From an uncultured bacterium (GTDB taxonomy: Bacteria; Oederibacteriota; JAAXVQ01; JAUVAV01): 64,000 nucleotides of DNA. Below are positions 1 through 9,500 of this stretch, piece after piece (the stretch's first letter is position 1; the number at the start of each line of letters is the position of its first letter). The stretch covers positions 160,001 to 224,000 of the forward strand of contig CAVQBK010000004.1 in the NCBI GenBank assembly GCA_963710755.1, in the 5' to 3' direction. Made by a program: the position numbers and the translations under genes. The notes below the pieces were generated by a model that was not told the DNA's origin, made no database searches, and worked only from the letters and a program-made list of their open reading frames with translations.

Positions 1-134
1 ATTGCCACGGCCCGGGCGCCGGCACCGAGATAAAGAGCGGGTTCTGTTCCGGCATCATCTGCTGCCTGGGCGAGGCTTTGACTCAGGGGCATCAGCACTA
101 TCAGGAGTACAAGTAAACGCAGGCCTGGTTTCAT
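1..134 (-). CDS. PorV/PorQ-like outer-membrane beta-barrel protein, N-terminal part (runs off the window start)
   Basis: Not in the ORF track. The reverse complement from ATG at 134 reads MKPGLRLLVLLIVLMPLSQSLAQAADDAGTEPALYLGAGARAVA: a signal peptide plus the GxGARA-x-AM motif typical of PorV/UPF0164 barrels. The ATG overlaps the TAA of 134..2482 (TAATG). Confidence 0.75.
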   Translation of the reverse strand, partial: MKPGLRLLVLLIVLMPLSQSLAQAADDAGTEPALYLGAGARAVA

Positions 135-2482
135 TATTTCACCACCGCGATTTTTCTGAGCTGGATGATTTTATCTCCAGCAGCCACCGGCAAGGCTTCC
201 AGGCGTAAAAGATAAACCCCATTTTTAACCGCTTCTCCTGACCCGGTACGGCCGTCCCAGGTAAGCTGATGCTCACCTGCTGCGCGGTACTCATTATTGA
301 CCAAGGTGCGCACCCGGTCCCCGGTCAAGGTGAACAAGCTCAGGGAGACGGTACATGATTCTTTCAAATAGTAGGCCATGGTGGTCTGTTGATAGCCCGC
401 GGCAAAAGGATTGGGGTAGTTGGAAAGAAAAAGAGTACCTTCTCCGCCGCCCAGGCTCATGGCTGTACAAGCCAAGGGCCAGGTGGCGCCAATATAGATA
501 CTGCGTGTGGGATCCTGGGGCAGACGTACGGCCAGGTCATCGCTTTGCCGTACCAACAACTTTAAACTGGATATGCTGAAGTTGCTGCTACTGAGCACAC
601 GGACATTAAAGGTGGCACTTGTATTGGGCTGGAGCTGATAAACCGGTAGGGGCACAAAGCAGGTTGGCCCGGATATCGCTACCGGTTGCATGGCCAAAAT
701 GGTCCCTTGGCCGTTGGTAATCCATATGGTTTGTACCTGGCGGGACAAATCCACCGGCTGGTCTTGACGGTCCGAGGCAGTGATGGTGATACCGGTAATT
801 TCCAAAGGTCCGGTGGCAGCAGGACCGGGATGGGTAATGGTTAGACTGAGCACATCCTGATGTTGATCCGGATATAAGGTGGGTGGCGCCAGGGATTGGC
901 TGGTAATGTTAAAGGAACTGGCAATCCGAATGGTATTTGAGAGCATGGGAAACGCATCGGAAGCATAAGCTTGGGTAACGGTTACCGGGGTTTGCCGGTT
1001 GCTGTCCTGCGCTAAAAGGGAAATGGAACTCTGAAGTGAGAGAATAAAGCCCGAGCCTGCGGCTGTGGGCAGAATATCAGCCACCACGGACACGGTCACA
1101 GGATTGTAAACCGACACAGGAATATAACTGATATTCATGGGTATGACCATCACACCATTGCTGTCAGGCAGGGTGGTCAGTTCGCCGTAATTGAAATTAC
1201 CGGCAATGGCCACTCGGGAAAACATGGTGGCCGGGGACAAGGTGTTGCCGCTCTGGTCGGTCAGGGTCAAGGTCAGATGCGTCACATCCACCCGCGAGGT
1301 TTGAGTAGTGCCGGGATTGATAAAGGTGAAGTCAAGGGGGGTGACATTATGCTGGCCTTGTATAACCACTTCGTCCTGAGCCATGACCGGCGTGTGGTAA
1401 ACCTCCAAAGTGGTGGCCGTAAACCCGATTTGGTAAACATTGCTGCGCAAAGGGAAACTCTGAGGAGGAACCACGGACTTGGACACAGGGTTGAGGGTGT
1501 AGAGATAAAGGGCGTTCAGGTCCTGGCCGGAGGCCAGCTCCACCGTAAAGCTGGACACAGCTGTTGCCGTATTGGAGGTGACGGTGCCAAAGATTTTAAT
1601 CTGGCGATCAAAAGACGCCATGATGGTATTGGATTGAGCGAATGGCAAATAGACGCCCACCGGGCTGGAAGGCAGGGAAGTATTAACCGCCATCAGGGTA
1701 TCGGTAACACTGTCACGAATCCCCAAGGACGAGAAGGCGCGGTCCGGTGCAATCACGGTTCCCGAACCATCGCGCACGGTGATGGTGACGCCCTGCAAAT
1801 AAACGGGGCCGGTCAGGCCTGTTTGCACATTGTTCAAATTAAACTCCAGGGCTGAAAAGGTCTGCCCCGTGGACAGCGACGGTTGGCCTAAGGAGGTGCT
1901 ACTGAGTTGTAAGTTGACCGGCGGTGTATAACTGGTCAAATACATCATGGGCGCTGGGTCAGGGGCATCGGCGGTTGGCGCCAAAAAGGAGCCATTGTCA
2001 AATTCCATTTCCAAAGCAGCCATATAGAAGCCACAGCCGGCGCTTTCCGTGGGACTGGAGGTGATGTCCACCGTGACATAGAGGCCGCTGCCATCCTCAA
2101 TGAGCTTATCAGGGAAAAACTCCCAGAATTGGCCGGGATTGGGGTAATAGGTAAAGCTTCCGATCAGCTGGGCCGTACTAGTGCTGAACCCAGTGCTGTC
2201 TGGCGTTACCAGCCAGAGCTTGGTCTGACCTGCAACAAAATCAGGACCTTCCTCAGCCGACCCGTGGTTGTAAAGAAATAAAGCATTTAAAGTGCTGCCG
2301 CTGGCATCAGCAGAAATGGTGATATGGGCCACCACATTATTTTGGGAATTGGCGGTAAGACGCATGCCATCGAACCCAACAGGCAAGGGCGTGGCATTGG
2401 TGGTATTGGCATGGACAGGCAGCTGGCTCAGGGACAAGCCTGTTCCAGCGAGCATCATGACGAGAAGCAATCGTTTTAACAT
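134..2482 (-). CDS. Secreted beta-rich protein with repeated Ig-like modules and a C-terminal FlgD-Ig/T9SS type A-like sorting domain
   Basis: 782-aa ORF with signal peptide (MLKRLLLVMMLAG...VHA). About three similar modules (V/L-x-L/I-T-x-x-T-I/L-T-x-x-D-x-x-G). C-terminus NYPNPF...VSLSLFTLTGDRVRTL...WDGRTGSGEAVKNGVYLL...RKIAVVK. Confidence 0.8.
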   Translation of the reverse strand: MLKRLLLVMMLAGTGLSLSQLPVHANTTNATPLPVGFDGMRLTANSQNNVVAHITISADASGSTLNALFLYNHGSAEEGPDFVAGQTKLWLVTPDSTGFSTSTAQLIGSFTYYPNPGQFWEFFPDKLIEDGSGLYVTVDITSSPTESAGCGFYMAALEMEFDNGSFLAPTADAPDPAPMMYLTSYTPPVNLQLSSTSLGQPSLSTGQTFSALEFNLNNVQTGLTGPVYLQGVTITVRDGSGTVIAPDRAFSSLGIRDSVTDTLMAVNTSLPSSPVGVYLPFAQSNTIMASFDRQIKIFGTVTSNTATAVSSFTVELASGQDLNALYLYTLNPVSKSVVPPQSFPLRSNVYQIGFTATTLEVYHTPVMAQDEVVIQGQHNVTPLDFTFINPGTTQTSRVDVTHLTLTLTDQSGNTLSPATMFSRVAIAGNFNYGELTTLPDSNGVMVIPMNISYIPVSVYNPVTVSVVADILPTAAGSGFILSLQSSISLLAQDSNRQTPVTVTQAYASDAFPMLSNTIRIASSFNITSQSLAPPTLYPDQHQDVLSLTITHPGPAATGPLEITGITITASDRQDQPVDLSRQVQTIWITNGQGTILAMQPVAISGPTCFVPLPVYQLQPNTSATFNVRVLSSSNFSISSLKLLVRQSDDLAVRLPQDPTRSIYIGATWPLACTAMSLGGGEGTLFLSNYPNPFAAGYQQTTMAYYLKESCTVSLSLFTLTGDRVRTLVNNEYRAAGEHQLTWDGRTGSGEAVKNGVYLLRLEALPVAAGDKIIQLRKIAVVK

Positions 2483-2764
2483 AGTGTCACCGGTTCTGGT
2501 AGTTTTGCACTTAAAAAGATTATCGGAGTGATGGCATAAATCTTTATAGGGGTTCAGCGATTAAGGTCCGCAGCCCGGCATAAGGGGCTAATTGTCCATG
2601 GGTGGCATCCTAGATCTGCAAGGAAACAGGATGGGGTGGAGCTTTTTTTATTCCGACACTGCCAGGCAGGCCATTATCCAGGAAGTTGGCTAAGCTTAAA
2701 AATTTATGTATTTTGTCAAATATTAAATTTATAAAAGTTATCATAAATATTCTCACAAAAACAG

Positions 2765-2782
2765 TGCACAAATCTCTGTGCA
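2765..2782. promoter_or_regulatory. Palindromic operator-like site
   Basis: TGCACA-N6-TGTGCA dyad ending 15 nt upstream of the -35 element. Confidence 0.35.
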
Positions 2783-2797
2783 AAACTAACAAAATAT

Positions 2798-2826
2798 TTG
2801 ACAATAAAACCCGCTAACTATACAAT
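2798..2826 (+). promoter_or_regulatory. Sigma70-type promoter for the merR-comFB-giant protein operon
   Basis: TTGACA (2798-2803) - 17 nt - TACAAT (2821-2826) in an AT-rich divergent intergenic region. Confidence 0.7.
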
Positions 2827-3005
2827 AAGATTTATCAAGGTATTAATAATTCTCGGGGATAAGTCGATACTTTTCAATAACAAATGAAGCGATTTATGTA
2901 ATTATCCTGCGCCTCCTGGTGGAGCGTAGGCAAGAAGCGCGAAAAATAAAATATAAGACGCTTGTTGTGACTCGCATTTTATTATTATCTTGAGAGGAGT
3001 GTGCA

Positions 3006-3254
3006 ATGTACTCCATCAGTCAAATGGCTCAACTCCTAAACCTCCATTCTCAAACCCTTCGCAACTGGGAAAAGCACGGTCTCATTAAACCGCAGCGTTT
3101 TGGTCAAGTCAGAGTTTACTCCAACGGCAATCTGGAACAATGTCAGCTTATAAAAAAATATGCGGGCAGAGGTATTGCCTTGAAAAATATTAAAGCACTC
3201 TTACAAGAAGAATTAAAAACGGTTTTTAAATCCCAAGGAGGAGAAGCAGCATGA
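3006..3254 (+). CDS. MerR-family (HspR-like) small HTH transcriptional regulator
   Basis: MYSISQMAQLLNLHSQTLRNWEKHGLIKPQR...RVYS is the MerR HTH signature. GAGGAG RBS. 82 aa, no effector domain. Confidence 0.88.
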   Translation: MYSISQMAQLLNLHSQTLRNWEKHGLIKPQRFGQVRVYSNGNLEQCQLIKKYAGRGIALKNIKALLQEELKTVFKSQGGEAA

Positions 3255-3517
3255 AATTAAAAAATTACATGGAAGATGCAGTGGCAGCGCATTATCAGCG
3301 CTTGTTAGAGAAAGGCGAAATTGAAGGGTGCACTTGTGAACGATGCAAAATGGATGTGATTGCATTTGCTTTAAATCATTTGCCTTCCAAGTATGTGGTG
3401 ACCGATTTGGGTCATACCTACACCCGTGTGGCCGAAGTGGCCCAGCAGTTTGAAGCAGATATGGTGGTGGCCATCTCCAAGGCAGCCAAGCATGTGGCCA
3501 AGAAACCAAGGCATTAA
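3251..3517 (+). CDS. comFB: Late competence development ComFB family protein (cyclic-dinucleotide receptor family)
   Basis: KNYME...CTCERCKMDVIAFALNHLPSKYVVT...V.KKPRH matches the ComFB pattern. ATGA overlap with the merR stop. Confidence 0.85.
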   Translation: MKLKNYMEDAVAAHYQRLLEKGEIEGCTCERCKMDVIAFALNHLPSKYVVTDLGHTYTRVAEVAQQFEADMVVAISKAAKHVAKKPRH

Positions 3518-3519
3518 AA

Positions 3520-3551
3520 TTGCAGGGGACGGTCGCGACCGTTCCCTGCAA
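3520..3551. repeat. REP-like palindrome / stem-loop between comFB and the giant gene
   Basis: TTGCAGGGGACGGTCG-CGACCGTTCCCTGCAA is a near-perfect 32-nt palindrome with one G-T pair and no U-tract. Confidence 0.65.
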
Positions 3552-3592
3552 CATTGAAATTGGATATTATTTTATACCTGATGGGAGCGGCT

Positions 3593-6500
3593 GTGCAGGG
3601 ATCCGCATTACCACAACTGAATAGGGGACATGGGGGAAAGCTGGCTTGGGTTCTGCTGCCTTTGGCCATGCTGTTGGCCGTAGGCAGCTATGCAGCTACC
3701 GCCATGTCTGCGCCTGATGAGTTTGTGGCCTGGGATCCGGTCAACAAGCACTATGTGGCCAGGGTGACCGTCTCCAATCAAGATGATGCGATCAATCAGC
3801 AAGGCGTGAAAGCCAGCGGTGCCGGGTCCAAGCACTTTGGCCAGCTTTCCGTTTGGGCTAAGCAAAAGCCGGAACAAGTACGGGCTATCATTAACCAGCA
3901 GGTGGAGGTGGCGGCGTATCGCAGTGGTTTGACTTTTGGCCAAGGCCGCCATTTGAAAAAGAATCAGCGTCTCTTTTTGGAATATGTTTATTCGCACGCA
4001 CCACCTTCCAAATTACCGGTCCCGGTGGCCGCGGGGGTGGAACAAGCGGGGCTGAGCCAGAGCAATCGTCTTAAAAACAACAAAATCGATCTTAACCTGA
4101 CGAACAAAATAGATGGCCAATGGTACCGGCTTTCGGCCAAGATTCCTGCTGGGTACCGGGTCAAAAAAATCGTACGTGCCGACGGTGTGGAAATCGTCAA
4201 TCAAAGGCCGCAGGGGCGCAATCCCAACCAGACAATCCCAGAACAACTGCTGTGGTATATGCAAGGCCAGACATTGGTCTTTTACGATGATCCCATCAAT
4301 GGTTATACGGTGTTTCTCGATCCGCCCACGGCTATGAATTCACTCTTGGTGGATATTGCCGGCACAAGCAGTAATGACTATGGCGGGCAAATCTCCACAA
4401 TTGTTTGGCCCTATGATGGCGGCACGCCGCTTTGGACCAATGATCATGCCGGGCGTAATGGCGACAATGGTTTGGCCCAGGATTTTGATTCCATGGCCGG
4501 TGGCAAGGTTGCCCTGCGCTACAGCTATGGCAGCACGGTGCAATACGGCAACCCCGGAGGTATTGGCACGGGTGCGGATGGTAATTTCGTGGAACTGTCC
4601 AGAAACTACACCCTGATGCATCAAACCCCGAGCGGCCAATTGGAGGCAGTGATCACCACGCAATTAGGCATGCCCACCGGTGCGCCTTTGCCCATGGGCA
4701 TTACCCAAAAAATTATTATTCGCGGCAACATGAAATGGTTTGCCTCCATCTATTACATCAAGAATCTTCATGCCAGCCATGTGGCCACCAACTTGCGATT
4801 TTTCCAGGGGTTTGACTGGAATTTCAACGGCGACAATACCAATGACAGCTGTTCCTATAATGGCACCTATGACACCATCTATGGTTATAAACCTTCCGGT
4901 GACCCCATCTCTTATGGAGGGTTTTCCGGCTTTGAGGCATCAGCGGAACATGACACGACGACCTACAATACTATCTGGCAGTACATCCGTGATGACAACT
5001 TGCACGGCAACAATAATTTCTCCGGTGATGCCGGCACCGCCATGGATTGGGATCATGCCAGCTTGGCGGCTGGGAAGACCTGGGTAGTACCCATTATATG
5101 GGCTTACGGCAATACCCTGAGCGCTTCCGCCTTCAGCGACATGCAGGACGGCATCGATTATGGCAAAAGCAAGCTGCAGGATACGGGCGTGACGGCCATC
5201 ACCGCGCCTGAAAACAATCACATGTACAACCCGGCCACCACGGCTACAGTTAATATCAATGCTCAAGTGACGCTTTATGGCCTACAGGATTTCGCCAATC
5301 TGCCGGTTCATGTCAGGGTGACCTCTACGGCGCCGGGCTTTACCACCATTGATACGGCCTTTACCACCGTTGATTTGGAAGTGCCTGATAAGGAAACCAC
5401 AGAGGTCACCTATCCCTTGGATATCAGCAGTCTGCCCGCGGGAACGTATACTGTCAAAATTTACACGGACTTGGGTAGCGATACCCCTTATACGGACAGT
5501 CAGCCTGGCAATGATTATAAAACCATTCAGTTGGTGGTCAGCGATTTTGCCATGGCCCCTGATGATTCGGCCATGGTCGCACCGGGCGGGAGTCATTACT
5601 ACGGTGTTTCTTTAACCAGCAGCACCGTGACCGGCCGTTTTGATTTGGCGGCGTCCGCGTCCAGTGCCTCATGGGGCACCCGGCTTTATACCAGCGGCGG
5701 CACGCTTGTGGCCACGGACGCCGACGGCAATGGTGTCTGGGACAGCATTACCCCTGGTTATGACAGTAACAGCAATGGCCTGCCCGATGTCAATGTGACC
5801 GCCGGGGTGACTACCTTTGTCCTGGTGGAAAAAATCCTGCCTTTTAACGCCCTGGGCGGGGTGACAGACGTAACCACTCTGACCGGTACCCAGCAAGGCG
5901 GGTCCTTGAGCGACCATGTGACCGTCACCACGCTAAGCAGCGCACCAGGCACCAAGATCAAAACCCTCTATCTTCATCCTGCCGACGGCAACTTTAGCCT
6001 CAATACGAACCAGGATACGCATAGCACAGGCACCTATTCTCAGGTGGATATCTTTTCCCAGCAGACCTGGACCATGCAACCTGTCATGGCTGATAATTTT
6101 ACACTTGTTTCTGATGTTTCCATTCCGTTGGTGCTGAGCACCAATAATCGCACCATTGATGCCACGGTGACACTCTTTTATACCAATGGCTTTAACACTT
6201 ATGTCATCGGAGAGGATAGGGTTAACAATATCCGCAACCGGAATACCTCTCCGGGCAGCGAAGTGTTCACCATCCCCGTATCCTCTCCTGTGACCATTCC
6301 AGCCGGGTATAAATTGTGCCTTCGTTTCAATCATTTAGGTTATAACAGCACCACCGGGTATTTTAGGATCTATCAATCCAGCACCCAACGTTCTAGAATT
6401 ATTCTCTCTACCAGCACTTACATCCGTGTGGATAAGATTCAAACCTTTGACAGTTTGGGCAACACCCGGCAGGCTTTGGCGCCTGGGGCGGCCATGTCCG

Positions 6501-9500
6501 TGGGCGCGCTCATCAGCGATCCCTTGGGCGCCTATGACATCACCGGAGCCACCTTGACCTTGGTGGACAGCAGCGGCAATACGCGGGTCAATGGCGCGGC
6601 CATGAGCTTACTGAGGACTGACAGCAGCTCGCCTGCAGTATGGAAATGGTACAGCTACACCTATACCCTGCCGGCAAGTCCTCTGGGTAAATGGACCGCT
6701 TTTGTGACTGCCTTGGAAAGTAATGGCGTCACCCAGGACAGGGCTTATGAATTTCAAGTCAACACGCCCGATCACCTAGGGATGGTGCCTGCCTTCAGCA
6801 TTCAACCGGCTAATTCAACCAGAACGTTAACTTGTCAGATCTATGATGCTTTGGGCAACAGCCTGTCTTCCGTGCAGACCTTCACCATCACCGCAACCGG
6901 GTCGGCTACCTTTACGGCGCCCATGTCCGGTAATCCCATCAGTCCCACCACGGGAGGGAATGGCGCGGTTAATGTGGACCTTACGGACTGGCTGCCCCAA
7001 TCGGTCACCATTACCGCCACCCAGGCCTGGGGCACACCGGCCAACAATGGAAGTGCCCTCGCTGTTTTTACGCCTTCCGATTATGCCAAAGCCTCGGCTG
7101 ATGACGGTCTGGCCACCACGGGCGCAGGCAGCAGCGGCGAGCCGATTAACATCCAACTCTACGATGAATATAACATGCCGATTGGTATTGCCCGTCCCTT
7201 GACCATCACGGTCAGCGGTGCCGGTTATTTCAGCAGCGTGCCGGCCGGCTGGAGCGGGGCAGGGACGGCATTGGCTTTTGGAATGACGGACAGTAATGGC
7301 CAGGCCGCACTGATTGTCAAAGACAATACAGCGGAAACATTAACGGTCTTGCCGGACACCAGCTTATGGGGCAACCACAGCAAAGATCAGGCTGCTACCG
7401 TGATTTTCAGTGTGCCCGGTCCTGACCATCTGGTCCTTAGTGACAGTGTGGGCACTCAGGTGACTGCGGGCAATACGCGTATGCTTAATCTTCAGGTCGT
7501 GGACGCCGACGGCCTTAATGTGAACAGCAGTCAGGTGGTGACCATCATCTGCAGCGGCAGTGCCGTTTTCACGGCCACTTCCTTGAGCGGTGCTGCCGGG
7601 GTGGGCACCAACGCCGTGACCGGCACCACGGCAGCCAACGGCTCAGCCACCATTACCATTACCGATCAGACCGCACAAACCGTGACCGTGACGCCTGATT
7701 CGAGTACCCTGCCCGGTTCCACCGGCTTTCCTGATCAGGATATTTCCATTCCCGTAATCTTTGTTGCCGGTGCGGCCGATCACCTGGCCATGTCACCGGC
7801 ATTACAATACCCGGTCACCAGTAATCCGGCCACAGCAGATATGCAGGTGGTGGATCGATACAATAATGTGACCGTCACGGCGGCGGTCATAACCGTTACC
7901 ATTAATGGTTCGGCTTTGATATACACCACCACCTTGTCTAATCACGGACCTTATTATATGCAGAGTGTTACCGGCACGGCCGATGCCAATGGCTGGGGTG
8001 AAGTCACGGTTTACAACGATTACCCTCAAGCCACCACGTTGACTGCCCATGCGTCCGCTTTGCCCAATCTGACGGCCGATGTCACGGCCATGATTGTTTG
8101 GAGCAATAATCCACCTACCTTGACCTATACACCCACCAATACACCTACGCCCAGTCCCACGGCGACGGTAACTTTTTCAGCCACTACCACTTATACACCA
8201 ACGCCAACATGGACCAACACCGTTACCGCCACGCCGACGAGAACCACGACCAGCACACCTACCCATACGGTCACGCCCAGTGCCACCCCAACCTACACCG
8301 CAACCCCTTCTTTCACTTTGACCAGCACCGGTACGCCGACCATGACGCCAACGATCACGCCTACCGCCACGCCCACCTTTACGTCTACAGCTACAGCCAC
8401 CAGAACCGGGTCGCCGACCAGCACCATGACACCTACTCATACGCCTACAGTGACGCCGACCTATTCGTCGACGGTGACCCCCACGCCAACCTTTACGGCT
8501 ACGCCTTCGGTGACCGTGACTTATACGGCCACGCCCAGTGCCACGCCTTCCCATACACCCACCGTGACCTCTACCTATACCTCCACGTCATCACCAACAT
8601 TTACCTCCACGCCTACCTTTACCTTTACCGCCACCCACAGCCCGACGCCCACTATGACCTCCACCTTTACGCCTACTTCAACCTCCACGCCCACCCATTC
8701 ACCTACAAGTACCTCCAGCCCGACCTACACCCCTACCGTGACGCCGACGCACACACCTACCCATACATCAACCTCCACCCATACGCCTACGGTCACGCCT
8801 ACGACTACACCCAGCTTCACATCGACCCCGACCTTTACGGCCACCACGACGCCGACCATAACCCCGACCCATACACCGACTTACACCCATAGTCCTACGG
8901 CCACACCCAGCGCCACACCCACGTCAACGTTTACTCCCACCTCTAGCCCGACATCAACCTTCACGCCGACTGTAACCCCGACTTTTACACCCACGGTGAC
9001 ACCCACCGCCACCCATACGCCAACATCAACCTCCACCCATTCCCCTACGGCCACCCATACGCCGACCTTTACCTCCACGGTAACACCGACCAGCAGCGAT
9101 ACCGCCACCGCTACCCCCACGCATACACCGACTTTTACCCATAGTCCTACAGCCACCTCTACTTTTACCAGTACCGTAACGCCGACTAACACGGTGACAC
9201 CTACAGATACGACCACCCCCACCAGCACCACCACGCCCACACCTACCGTAACCCCTACCTTCACGCCGACTTACACGTTTACCTTTACCTCGACCGCCAC
9301 GCCCACTTTGACGTCGACCATAAGTCCCACCTCATCCTTTACACCTACGGTTACACTGACCGTCACAAGTACGCCAACGGTTACACCGACCAGAACCAAT
9401 ACGCTGACCGCCACGCCCACCGTGACGTTGACCATCACGTCCACAGCCACCTTTACGGTGACCTCGACCTCAACCTTCACGCCTACGGTCACGCCTACGG

